DNA of 64,000 nucleotides. Origin: an uncultured Gammaproteobacteria bacterium (GTDB lineage: Bacteria > Pseudomonadota > Gammaproteobacteria > JACCXJ01). Location of the stretch: the NCBI GenBank assembly GCA_963764725.1, contig CAVXTM010000011.1, forward strand, positions 32,001-96,000, written 5' to 3'. Of the stretch, positions 9,757 through 19,160 are shown in pieces (positions within the stretch are counted from its first letter, which is position 1; each line of letters starts with the position of its first letter). Both the position numbers and the translations under genes were made by a program. The notes under the pieces are model-generated. The model searched no databases. It had not been told where the DNA came from and saw only the letters and a list, made by a program, of their open reading frames with translations.

Positions 9757-11724
9757 ATGAACGGTAGAGTTCGATTTGACGGTAAGGTAAGACGTTCTCT
9801 GAGGATTAGTCTCATCATTCTAATAGGGGCTAGCCTGCTCGGGAGCGGTTGTACAACAACCTCCACTGCGCCATATCAAACTTACCATCCGGAACTGGAA
9901 TATCTGAAATCGTTGCATCAGGCTGGCCCTGTCACTGACCCTCAGATCGTCGTTTTCTTGATGCAGCAATTCATGAATACCAACCAGTTGCAAGCTGGCA
10001 TCGCGTTCTTCGACTCCTTCCTGGAAAAATACGAAGCTCAGCTTTCCTCCGAGCAAAAGGCATTATATCTTGGCACTTTGGGCGTTCTGCGCGCCTCCTA
10101 TGCCAATCAGGTGCCTCTCTGGAGACGAATCGCATGGGTGAATGAGACCATCGAGATTCTGGAAAACGCAAGGACGCTGAGCAACAACGAGAGCTTTCTG
10201 GTACGGTGGATGACCGGGGTAGTCTATGCACAGCTTCCTGATCGCTTTAACAAGGCCGACGCAGCCATTGCCGATCTCAAATGGTGCGTGGATGATATCT
10301 CTAAAGCACCCCATACGGGTTGGCTGCGGGAGGTTTTCTATCACCTGGCTGTTCTGTACAAGCGGACCGACGATCAACAACAGGCTCAGGCCTATCTGCA
10401 ATGGAGCGGCTATGACAGCTTTGACAAGCGCATCACGCTGACCACCCCGTATGCGGTCAATGCCACGAAAGGCCATACATTCTATCCCAAGCGCCTAAGA
10501 GAGATCATTCCCGGAAAGATATTTAATCTCTCGGGCTTCGAATTCACCGAGTATTACTTCGTTGTGTCAAAGGACGGCAAGGAGCTGATATCAATCGATG
10601 CCGGAACAAGGCCCGACTCGGCGCAGGGGGCCTATGAGTTCCTGCGGAATCGTTTTCCTGATCTGCCCCCGCTGACGACGGTGTTTGTGACCCATGCCCA
10701 CTGGGACCATATTGGCGGACACAGCTATTTCCGTCAGTTGGGTCCGCAGGTGAAGTTCTATGCCAGGGACAATTACCGCAAGGAGCTAGAGATCGTCACT
10801 CAAGGCTTCAGAGGATATAGATTTACGTACTTTTTCGGTACTGATTTCAAAGAAGAATTCATGTCTAATTTCAAGCCCGATGTCGCTCTTGGCCAGCGTA
10901 CTGAAGTCACCGTGGGAGGGACGCATTTTGATCTCATTCCAGTCCCGGGCGGAGAGACAATCGATGGAATGTTTATCCATGTGCCCGAGCACGGCGTCCT
11001 TTTCGTCGGGGATTTTATTATGCCGTATATCGGCGCCCCTTTCTTAGAGGAGGGCAACATCCAAGGGCTCTTCGAGGCCATTGATGTGGCTGTATCCTTA
11101 AACCCCCAACATCTGCTCCATGGGCATGAGCCGTTAACTCGGCTCTGGAGCTCTCCGGCGCTGCTCGCCAAAGTCAAAACCCATCTCCAGTGGCTTTATC
11201 GAGAGACGCTCAAGGGCATCGGGACCGGGATGGACCGGACAGCGATTCATCATCAAAACTTGATGCCGCCATTCATCCATCAAAATCCCGATGTGCAGCT
11301 GCCTTTCCTCGTCATGCGCGAGAATGTGATCAATCGACTATACGATCAGAATGTCGGTTACTGGCAGCCCGACCTTCAGGGCATGGACCATCTTAGCCAG
11401 GAAGAATTTGGATCGTTATTGACGCGCTACTTCGAGCTTTCAGAACAAGAATTAGCCAGCGCCATCGAAAAGATGTTGAGCAGCGGCGACCACGAGCTCG
11501 GAGCGCGCACAACGACATGGGCGCTTACTCAATATCCGTCCAACAAGAAATTGCAAGAGCTTAAGGAGCTTGCTTTCTTGAAACTAAAAGAGAAATACCA
11601 GGAGTTCAATCCCTTCAAGTTCATTATCTACTCACAGTCTATCCATCATGAAACGCCCCAGTTGCAGCAATTCCTGCCTAACAAAGGCATTGAGGCGGAC
11701 GCTGAACCTCCCCCGAAAAAGTAG
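9757..11724 (+). CDS. MBL-fold metallo-hydrolase lipoprotein with a helical (TPR-like) N-terminal region
   Basis: GGAG RBS; lipobox-like LLGSGC; THAHWDH, GGET, FVGD and HGHE metal motifs. Confidence 0.85.
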   Translation: MNGRVRFDGKVRRSLRISLIILIGASLLGSGCTTTSTAPYQTYHPELEYLKSLHQAGPVTDPQIVVFLMQQFMNTNQLQAGIAFFDSFLEKYEAQLSSEQKALYLGTLGVLRASYANQVPLWRRIAWVNETIEILENARTLSNNESFLVRWMTGVVYAQLPDRFNKADAAIADLKWCVDDISKAPHTGWLREVFYHLAVLYKRTDDQQQAQAYLQWSGYDSFDKRITLTTPYAVNATKGHTFYPKRLREIIPGKIFNLSGFEFTEYYFVVSKDGKELISIDAGTRPDSAQGAYEFLRNRFPDLPPLTTVFVTHAHWDHIGGHSYFRQLGPQVKFYARDNYRKELEIVTQGFRGYRFTYFFGTDFKEEFMSNFKPDVALGQRTEVTVGGTHFDLIPVPGGETIDGMFIHVPEHGVLFVGDFIMPYIGAPFLEEGNIQGLFEAIDVAVSLNPQHLLHGHEPLTRLWSSPALLAKVKTHLQWLYRETLKGIGTGMDRTAIHHQNLMPPFIHQNPDVQLPFLVMRENVINRLYDQNVGYWQPDLQGMDHLSQEEFGSLLTRYFELSEQELASAIEKMLSSGDHELGARTTTWALTQYPSNKKLQELKELAFLKLKEKYQEFNPFKFIIYSQSIHHETPQLQQFLPNKGIEADAEPPPKK

Positions 11725-11819
11725 ACACCTTGATCTAACCAAAGAGGAGGTGTCGGATGCCGAGAGCAGGGCTGTCCCGTTATCCTTGCCAGCCGCCGCG
11801 ACGCTGGTCTTTGAGGATG

Positions 11820-12030
11820 ACAAAGCGCATTTCAGCCGTGCCGAGCTGGACCAGATGCTGGCGCCGATTGCGCTCTATCCGGACACGGTGCTCTCCCACG
11901 TCCTAATTGCTTCGACGTATCCACTCGAAGTGGTCGAGGCGGCGCGGTGGTCGCACCGGCACCCGGATCTACAGGGCGAAGAGGCGGTGGAGGCGATCGA
12001 GGACATGGACTGGGACCCCAGCGTCAAGGC
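11820..12030 (+). pseudogene. DUF3300 N-terminal fragment
   Basis: LDQMLAPIALYPD..IASTYPLEVVEAARW..DWDPSVKA, then unrelated sequence. Confidence 0.8.
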
Positions 12031-12119
12031 CGAGGTGAATCCCCGGATGCCGCGGGTGGAAGGCATCCCGGAGATTGGCGGCCATCGTGTGCAGGTGTCG
12101 GTAGTCGATGCGCTCGTCA

Positions 12120-12230
12120 GCGAAGCGGCGATGGTGTTCGTCGTGGTCGAACTGCGCGCCCGCTCTCCGATGTTGCCGCTGCAGCTGTTTCGGATCCGCT
12201 ACTTCAGTGGCGCCAACCTGATCACGCTGT
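12120..12230 (+). pseudogene. DHA2-type MFS transporter fragment
   Basis: FVVVELRARSPMLPLQLFRIRYFSGANLITL. Confidence 0.6.
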
Positions 12231-12479
12231 CGTCCGACTTCGTGATTCGAGAGGCGCCCGGCGCTGTGCGGGTCTTCCGTTGTCATGGCGATGAAAGCCG
12301 CGGTGGATTTCGAAGTCGGCTCGCGAACTCACGATACCAACCGAAGGTGGTGGCAGGGCTATGCGGATAACTGAAGAAAGTGGGAAGGTAAGAAGCGATT
12401 TGGCCATTGTCGATTTCCGGCATCCCCGAACGACTATTTGGTGGACCAACAATTCCACCAAACCAGAGGAGGCACGAAA

Positions 12480-12914
12480 ATGCGATTCATGATCATAGTC
12501 AAGGCAACCAAAAACTCAGAGGCGGGCGTTCTGCCGAGCGAGAAACTAATCGCCGAGATGACCAAGTATAACGAAGAACTGGCGAAAGCCGGTGTGTTGC
12601 TGGCGGGCGAAGGGCTTCAGGCAAGTTCGAAGGGCGCGCGGGTCAAGTTCTCTGGAGGAAAGCGGACGGTGATTGACGGGCCGTTTGCCGAGACCAAGGA
12701 GCTGGTCGCCGGTTTCTGGATCTGGAAGTGCAAATCGCTGCAAGAGGCGATTGAATGGGTCAAACGCTGCCCTAACCCTATGCCGGGCGAAGAGGCTGAG
12801 ATCGAGATTCGCCAAGTGTTCGAAGCCGAGGACTTTGGCGCCGAGTTCACGCCCGAGCTCCGCGCGCAAGAGGATCGGCTGCGCGCGCAGATCGAAAGGT
12901 ACAAAGTTTCATGA
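12480..12914 (+). CDS. YciI/DGPF-family protein
   Basis: GAGGAGG RBS; MRFMIIVKA, GEGLQASSKGARV, DGPFAETKELVAGFW. Confidence 0.95.
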   Translation: MRFMIIVKATKNSEAGVLPSEKLIAEMTKYNEELAKAGVLLAGEGLQASSKGARVKFSGGKRTVIDGPFAETKELVAGFWIWKCKSLQEAIEWVKRCPNPMPGEEAEIEIRQVFEAEDFGAEFTPELRAQEDRLRAQIERYKVS

Positions 12915-12936
12915 CGCTGTCGATCAGGAGAAGATT

Positions 12937-12995
12937 ATGAAATACATCTGGCTTGGATAAGTGGGAAAACGATGTCCGAAAGCGAGCGGAACGCT
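12937..12995 (+). pseudogene. Truncated second YciI-like gene
   Basis: AGGAG RBS, MKYIWLG then out-of-frame KWE/KTMSESERNA. Confidence 0.5.
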
Positions 12996-13008
12996 CCCAT
13001 GGAGCACT

Positions 13009-13710
13009 TCACCAGTTCTCACCGAAAGGCCGTGCTTCGACCTCGAACGACCAAGTCGAGCGATGCTGGCTAGTCAGGAGGAACACCGTGTCCGCGACAC
13101 CGTCCGGCTTGACGAAGAACTCGTCTGGCTTATCTGGCATGCGCTCGCGTGTCTTGGGCAAGTCGACCACGCCGTCGATGATGACGACAGCAACGTGAAT
13201 GCCCGCCGGCCAAAGGTGACGGGCCATCGATTCGGCCAGGCTGCGCTGGGCTGCCTTCGCCGGTGCAAAGGCCGCCGTATGCGCCGCGCCGCGACGCGAA
13301 GCAGTCGCGCCAATGAAGATGATATTGCCCTGTCCACTGCGCTTCATTGCCGGGATTACCTGCTGTGCGGTGAGCAGCGCTCCTAGTGCATTGACGCGCC
13401 AGTTCATCTCAAAGCCCTCGGGAGTAATTTCTTCAACTGTCCCCCACGATCCAGAGCCGGCGTTATAGATGAGGGCGTCGACGTCACCGAATCCCGTGCG
13501 GATCTGCCCAAAGACTTGTTCGACTGACGCCGGCTCGGTCACGTCGCACGCATAGGCCTGCGCGCCATCGAGTTCATGGGCGAGTGTCTGGCTGAAATCG
13601 ATGGTGCGCGCGAGCAACGCGACACGGTAGCCTTCTTTTGAGAACCGTCGGGCGATGGCCGAGCCATTGCCCGGTCCTACACCGACGACTGCGCATATCG
13701 GTTTGCTCAT
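13009..13710 (-). CDS. SDR-family oxidoreductase
   Basis: VVGVGPGNG, YNAG, GATASRRG, AKAAQRSLAES, IIDGVVD. Confidence 0.93.
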   Translation of the reverse strand: MSKPICAVVGVGPGNGSAIARRFSKEGYRVALLARTIDFSQTLAHELDGAQAYACDVTEPASVEQVFGQIRTGFGDVDALIYNAGSGSWGTVEEITPEGFEMNWRVNALGALLTAQQVIPAMKRSGQGNIIFIGATASRRGAAHTAAFAPAKAAQRSLAESMARHLWPAGIHVAVVIIDGVVDLPKTRERMPDKPDEFFVKPDGVADTVFLLTSQHRSTWSFEVEARPFGENW

Positions 13711-14126
13711 AATGGGTCTCCTGTCGGCTAGGCGGATCCTTTGCCATCAAACGCCAAAAGTACTTCAGTTATCAGAAATGGACCCCATGGGACAAGGGCT
13801 TAAGTGGAATTTTCGCTCCTTATCATGCCGCGTCGGCCAGATTCTGTCAACCAATATACAGTGTATCTCTTCTCATCCACTACCGAGCGACCTTTGGAGG
13901 TTTTTGAGGTGATTCGCCGCTTCGGTTTATAGCCTATGTTAGCCCGATCTTCGCGATTCGGGGGGGGTCCTACTAGCTGTTCGGGAACCACGCGCTCTGC
14001 TACAGGCCACCCAGTCGCCCGTCTCGTAGGGATAAAAAAGGCGGTTATGTCTAACTTGACACCAATCACCAAAAAAGGGGGAGTATGTTTCGACAGGCCG
14101 GTATCCAGTTGTCTTTTGTCGTCTTG

Positions 14127-14913
14127 CTATTTCATTCGATCATAGGGAGCGTAAATACCCAACTTCTTGCCAGTGTCGTCGCTACGCACAGGATAGAAGC
14201 GAGCAATCTCCGTTATTCTTTCGCGAGTCGTGAGAACATCTCGATAACGGACGCAGCCGTGTATAAAAAGCCGTGCGGTTTTACCAAGGATCATGTTGAC
14301 TTTAACGTCATCGAGGCGCCGGGACAGAATGTCAGTTTTCCAAGAAGCATCAGACCCGATAAATTCCGGGGGACGATCCAGGCTTGGGGCATTCCCAATC
14401 TTTATACTTGGGAAAAGCGGTGAGGTCGGGCCCGGGAATGAACGTAAATTCCCATCCGCTAGAGACTTCAAGCGCGGCAGTTTTCCCGATGTTCTTGAGA
14501 GAAACCCTGAATTTCAGTCGGTTATTTTCAACCCCCTCAAAATTCCAAGTTTTCGGGACGATCCATGCAGCGGTCGAAGCGGAGGCGGCATTGGCGGCCA
14601 ATTCGGTAGCCTTAGTAGTTTTAATAATCTCGTAGTATTGGAAGCCAGCAAAAACAGCAACAATCCAAGCGCCGATGACAGCAGCAATCGTAATTCCACG
14701 ATTAATCTTGTTTTCTCTATCATTTTGTTTTTTGTAAGCGCGACATTCCTCAAGTATGGCATTTGGAATCTCTATGACGGTCCTTGTGACTGGCGCGCGC
14801 CCGCTAGCTTTATCGTTGGTTGGGTTCCCTTCTTTGGAGGAGCCTGGTTGCTTATTTACGGAGTCTTGTTCTGACGCCATGCGTTTATTTTTTCGCCTTC
14901 GCTGTCTTGACAT
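14127..14913 (-). pseudogene. Membrane-anchored hypothetical passenger protein, frameshifted near 14370
   Basis: TM helix, AWIVP..LKNIGKTAA in one frame; LFIHGCVRYRDV in another; the switch is at a G5 run. Confidence 0.6.
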
Positions 14914-15043
14914 ATTTACTTCGTCGCTTTTTTGGACGTTTTGAAATGATGCCAATGCGTTCCGGCGAATCACTGTGAATGAGAGCTTTAATCGCCTCCT
15001 CGAACGTTAACGGGTGCAACGAGACCGGTTTCGCTTTTGGCAT
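14885..15043 (-). CDS. Small basic protein (52 aa) downstream of the IS1595 transposase, not in ORF track
   Basis: GAGGGAG RBS; MPKAKPVSLHPLTFEEAIKALIHSD...KTAKAKK. Confidence 0.55.
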   Translation of the reverse strand: MPKAKPVSLHPLTFEEAIKALIHSDSPERIGIISKRPKKRRSKYVKTAKAKK

Positions 15044-15092
15044 ACTTTCTCCCTCAATGGCTTTAGCTGAGAACGCCGTAGCGGTGGCGTCC

Positions 15093-15576
15093 TCAGCATC
15101 CTGCTACCACATTCTGAAATATATCAGGATTCTTTCGGTTATTGTGCCTAAACGAAAACTCGGACAAGTACAGCGGCAAATACTTCTTGCTCATGTGGTG
15201 ATGTGTGCCCATCACACCGCGCTTGAGCAACGACCAAAACGAGTCAATGTTGGAGGTATGGATCTTACCGCGCACATATTCGCCCTGGCTGTGCTTAACC
15301 GATTCGTGATTGGTAATCCCTACCGAGCAGCCGATAACCGGAATGATCATCCGTGGCAACGAGAGAGACCCTTTCGTCTACGGTTCTACGCACAAAACTA
15401 TCAAGCGTGGCCGTGTCTGTGTTTCCTATCATCCTGCAAACGACGTTACCTTTGCGAGATATGGCACCGATAACGGGAGTCTTACCGGTAGTCCCACGAC
15501 CCTTGACACGCTTCGCCAAGGGTTTGTTACTCTCTTTTCCGCCCATGTAGGTTTCGTCAACTTCGACTTCGCCCAT
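15093..15576 (-). pseudogene. IS1595-family (ISXO2-like) transposase, N-terminally truncated and frameshifted
   Basis: GEVEVDETYMGGK, ATDD, HESVKHSQGEYVRG, HTSNIDSFWSLLKRG, YLSEFSFRHN. Confidence 0.9.
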
Positions 15577-15716
15577 TGGACACCAGCATCGTCGCGCCCT
15601 TGCTCCTACCGGAGGCCACGAGCGATGAGGTGGAGCGGTATCTTCAGAACTTCTCTGCAGGCGAGCTTTCGACGAGCGCTTGGACCAAAGTAGAGTTTTC
15701 GTCTCTTGTAAGCTGA
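15576..15716 (+). pseudogene. PIN-domain (VapC) toxin N-terminal fragment
   Basis: LDTSIVAPLLLPEATSDEVERYLQNFSAGELSTSAWTKVEFSSLVS*. Confidence 0.65.
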
Positions 15717-15899
15717 GGATGGGCGAGCTCGACGAGCGACAGGCTGATGAAGTGAGGTAAGGCGTGGCGGCAGATATGCTATCGCCAGCCTTTCGGTCCC
15801 GTGGTGCCGAGGCTTCCTGTGCCCGGGGATGAACCGGCTAACGCTGCCGTGACGATTTGATGACACTTCGGCGCCCCGGTCTGTGGTTTGCTGGGCGGC

Positions 15900-17204
15900 A
15901 TGGAGCAGATCGGGGTCATCGGTCTCTCGTACCGGCATGCGGATGCGGAGGAGATCGCTCGCTTCGCGATCCCGAAGCAGGACGTTCCCGAGCGCCTTGC
16001 CGCCCTCCGGGACACTTTGAGCACGGGCGAGATCGTCTACCTCGCCACCTGCAATCGGGTCGAAGTTCTTTTCGCGACGGCGGATGGCGCAGCGGCGCAG
16101 GATCGCCGCCGAGAAGTCTTCAAGACTCTCACCGGCCGCGATCCGCAGCCGGGCGAAGCCCGGACTGCGCTTCGGGCCTGGACGGACGAAGCGGCGGTCG
16201 AGCACCTCTTTCTGGTGGCTTGCGGGCTCGACTCCGCGCAAGCAGGCGAGCGTGAAATCGCTGCACAGCTTCGCGGGGCGTGGGACGCGGCTCGCGCGGC
16301 GGGCGTGTGCGGCCCCATCCTCGATCGCATTCTCGGCGAAGCCTTGTCGATGGCGAGCCGGATGCGGCGCATTGCAGCTCATGCGCGGCCGCCTTCGCTC
16401 GCCGATCTCGCGGCGGAGCGCGTGCTCGTTCATTTGGCCGAAAAGCCCGGATCGGTGGCGCTCGTCGGCGTTTCGCCGATGACGCGCCGCTGCGGCGCGC
16501 TTTTGCATCAGGCCGGCGTGTCGCTCATGGTTGTCAACCGTTCGGCGAAGCCGGCGGAAGAATTTGCCGAGGCGGTTGCGGCGTGGCCCGTGACGCTCGA
16601 GCAGTTCCGCGCGAATCCTCGAAACGTCGCCGCGCTCGTTCTCGCCACAGGCGGGGCGGAACCCGTGTTCGACGGCGCCGCGCTCGCACGAATCGCGCAA
16701 GCCGCCGCGGTGCCGCCGTTGATCGTTGATTTCGGTTCGCCCGCCAACGTCGAGCCCGAAGCGGCGCGCGAGCATGGACTGCTCCGGATCGGCATGAACG
16801 AAATGATTCAGGCGGCGCAGGATCGGCGCATGTCGCAGCTACTGCGACTCGCACCCGTGCGGGCCGCAATCGATGAGCGGTTGACGCGATTGAGGGCCCA
16901 GCTTGCGACGCGCGCCATCGGCCGCGAGCTTGCGGATCTGCACGGGACGTTCGAGCAGATCGCGACGGCCGAAGCCGACCGGCTGCTCGCCGAAGACCTG
17001 CACGGGCTCGATAGCCGGCAAAGAGAGCGGATCCGGCGCTTTGCCACGACAATAGCGCACCGCCTCGCGCACCTGCCGCTGGCGGGGATACGCGCCGCCG
17101 CCGCGCACGCCAGCGCAGAGGCAGTCGATGCTTTTTTCCGCGAGGCGCGATTGCGACGCGCGCAGCACGGAGACGCTGAGCACACTGACGAAAGGTCACA
17201 ATGA
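15900..17204 (+). CDS. hemA: Glutamyl-tRNA reductase (divergent)
   Basis: GLSYRHA, LATCNRVE, AVEHLFLVACGLDS, VVNRS, IVDFGSPANVEP, LAHLP. Confidence 0.85.
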   Translation: MEQIGVIGLSYRHADAEEIARFAIPKQDVPERLAALRDTLSTGEIVYLATCNRVEVLFATADGAAAQDRRREVFKTLTGRDPQPGEARTALRAWTDEAAVEHLFLVACGLDSAQAGEREIAAQLRGAWDAARAAGVCGPILDRILGEALSMASRMRRIAAHARPPSLADLAAERVLVHLAEKPGSVALVGVSPMTRRCGALLHQAGVSLMVVNRSAKPAEEFAEAVAAWPVTLEQFRANPRNVAALVLATGGAEPVFDGAALARIAQAAAVPPLIVDFGSPANVEPEAAREHGLLRIGMNEMIQAAQDRRMSQLLRLAPVRAAIDERLTRLRAQLATRAIGRELADLHGTFEQIATAEADRLLAEDLHGLDSRQRERIRRFATTIAHRLAHLPLAGIRAAAAHASAEAVDAFFREARLRRAQHGDAEHTDERSQ

Positions 17205-17217
17205 CGGAAACTTCGCA

Positions 17218-17316
17218 ATGACGGCTTATAGAAATCCTTTGTCGCACGCTACGCCTTCACGCTCCGTGGAATTGTATGAGCGCGCGTGCCGCGTCATCCT
17301 CGCCGCACGCTCATGA
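17218..17316 (+). pseudogene. Internally deleted hemL-like remnant
   Basis: MTAYRNPLSHATPSRSVELYERACRVI resembles the GSA aminomutase N-terminus; joined to LAARS*, whose stop overlaps the next ATG. Confidence 0.6.
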
Positions 17317-18395
17317 AAGCGACCCGCGTCTTTCAGCTCACCGCGCTGGTGCTCGTGATCGTCTCCGTCGTGCAGGTCGGCTGGTGGTTGTTCGATCAAT
17401 ACGATTACACGACGGAGAAGGTGCAGGTCGCTCGTGAGCTGCATGCGCGGGAGGTCGCCGCTGCGCAGGCATTGCTGGATTCCGGCGTATCCGCCGACCG
17501 CGTACGAGAGCTTGTGCCGGAAGTGAGCGTGGAGGGCGGAAAGGCGAGCTTTCCCGCCAGCGTGAGCCAGGCGCTGGACAACGAACGCGATCGGCGCATC
17601 AATCAATATGCATGGGAGAGCGCATTCTTCTTGCTCGCGCTTACCGTGTGCATCGCGGTTATCTGGCGGGCCTTGCGTGCCGAAGCGCGGGTGTTCCAGG
17701 AACAGGACAGCTTCCTCGCGCTCGTCTCGCATCAGTTCAAGACGCCGCTCGCGAGCCTGCAGCTGTCGCTCGAGACGATGGCGATGCGCACGCTTTCGGC
17801 CGACCAGTCGCGAACGCTTATCGACCGGATGCTCTCCGACCTCGCGCGCATGGAGATCATGGTCTCGCAGATTCTCGACAGCGTGCGTCTCGAAGGCGGG
17901 CGCGTGGATCTGAAGCGCGAGCCCCTCGATCTCTCCGCCGCCGTGGCGCGCGTGCTCAGCCAGTTCGAGGATCGCGCACGCAACGATCGCATCAAGATCG
18001 CGGGGGACATGCCGCCCGGGCTGCAGGTGCTCGCCGATCCGCTGGCCGTCGATGTCGTGGTCCGCAATCTTCTCGAGAACGCCATTGCGGCCGTCGCGCC
18101 CGTGGGCGGCGGCACGATTACGCTTGCGGCGCGGCAGTTAAACGGCGAAGTAGAGCTGACCATCCGCGACAGCGGCATCGGCTTTCGTCAGGTCGACAGT
18201 CCGCGGCTGTTCAAGAAGTTCTCGCGCCTGCATCCGGGCGGCGGCAGCCGCCACTACGGGACAGGGCTCGGGCTTTTCATCGTGCGGCGGCTCATGCAAC
18301 TGGCCGGCGGCCGTGTCAGCGCGCACAGTGATGGTGTGGGGCAGGGTGCATCGTTCGTTCTCACGTGGCCGATGGCGCCGGTGGAAAGCGCGTGA
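17313..18395 (+). CDS. Sensor histidine kinase
   Basis: Two TM helices; SHQFKTPL H-box, NLLENA, DSGIG, GTGLGL. Confidence 0.95.
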   Translation: MKATRVFQLTALVLVIVSVVQVGWWLFDQYDYTTEKVQVARELHAREVAAAQALLDSGVSADRVRELVPEVSVEGGKASFPASVSQALDNERDRRINQYAWESAFFLLALTVCIAVIWRALRAEARVFQEQDSFLALVSHQFKTPLASLQLSLETMAMRTLSADQSRTLIDRMLSDLARMEIMVSQILDSVRLEGGRVDLKREPLDLSAAVARVLSQFEDRARNDRIKIAGDMPPGLQVLADPLAVDVVVRNLLENAIAAVAPVGGGTITLAARQLNGEVELTIRDSGIGFRQVDSPRLFKKFSRLHPGGGSRHYGTGLGLFIVRRLMQLAGGRVSAHSDGVGQGASFVLTWPMAPVESA

Positions 18396-19150
18396 CGACA
18401 CTTCCGCAAGCCTTGCGCACCGTACTGGTCGTCGAGGACGATCCGCATCTATCCGCCGGGCTCGTCGAGAATCTGCGAGCCGAGGGCTATGTGGTGCATA
18501 CGGTCGCAGAAGGCCGCGTCGCGCTCGACTGGCTGCGGGCCGACAACTGCGATCTTGTCGTGCTCGACGTGATGTTGCCGCACATCGATGGATACACGGT
18601 GTGCCGCACGATGCGCGAGAGGGGTAACAACACACCGGTATTATTTCTCACCGCACGCGGCGATCCGCAGGATCGAATTCTCGGGCTCGAAGCCGGCGGC
18701 GACGACTACCTCGCGAAGCCGTTTCATCTGCAAGAGCTCCTGCTGCGCGTGCGCGCGATCCTGCGCCGGCGCGAGTGGTATCAGAATGCCTCCGCTTCGC
18801 CGGCCGCCGCGACCTTGCGTTTCGGAGGAAACGAAGTGGACTTTCGCGCCTTCCGCGGGCGCTCGTGGAACGGCGCAACCCAGGATCTCACCGAGAAAGA
18901 AGCGATGATTCTCAAGGTGCTCGCCGAGCATCCCGGTGAGATCGTCTCGCGCGAGGATCTGCTCGAACGCGTGTGGGGCTACGACGTGTTCCCCTCGACG
19001 CGCACCGTGGACAATTTCATTTTGCGCCTGCGCAAGCGTTTCGAGCGCGATCCGGCCGATCCGCGTCACTTTCTTACCGTGTGGGGCGTGGGTTACCGGT
19101 TCCTCATCGAGGGCGCGAGCGAAGCGCAATCGCAGCCGGATCGGAGGTGA
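18392..19150 (+). CDS. OmpR-family response regulator
   Basis: VLVVEDD, LDVMLP, FLTAR, DDYLAKPF, STRTVDNFILRLR. Confidence 0.95.
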   Translation: MTTLPQALRTVLVVEDDPHLSAGLVENLRAEGYVVHTVAEGRVALDWLRADNCDLVVLDVMLPHIDGYTVCRTMRERGNNTPVLFLTARGDPQDRILGLEAGGDDYLAKPFHLQELLLRVRAILRRREWYQNASASPAAATLRFGGNEVDFRAFRGRSWNGATQDLTEKEAMILKVLAEHPGEIVSREDLLERVWGYDVFPSTRTVDNFILRLRKRFERDPADPRHFLTVWGVGYRFLIEGASEAQSQPDRR

Positions 19151-19160
19151 GGGTCGAACC

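Larger units (their letters stand above)
14040..15576 (-). mobile_element. Truncated IS1595-family element carrying passenger genes
   Basis: Candidate terminal sequence GGCGGTTATGTCTAACTTGACACC at 14040; lower-GC segment; ISXO2-like transposase remnant at the other end. Confidence 0.65.

Noticed and set aside
11648-12370. 240-aa ORF as a novel fusion protein
   Set aside because: Patchwork of DUF3300 and MFS fragments without a credible start
12407-12440. ECF-type promoter TGTCGA..CGAC before YciI
   Set aside because: Plausible, but the cognate sigma is absent from the window and the match alone is too short to call
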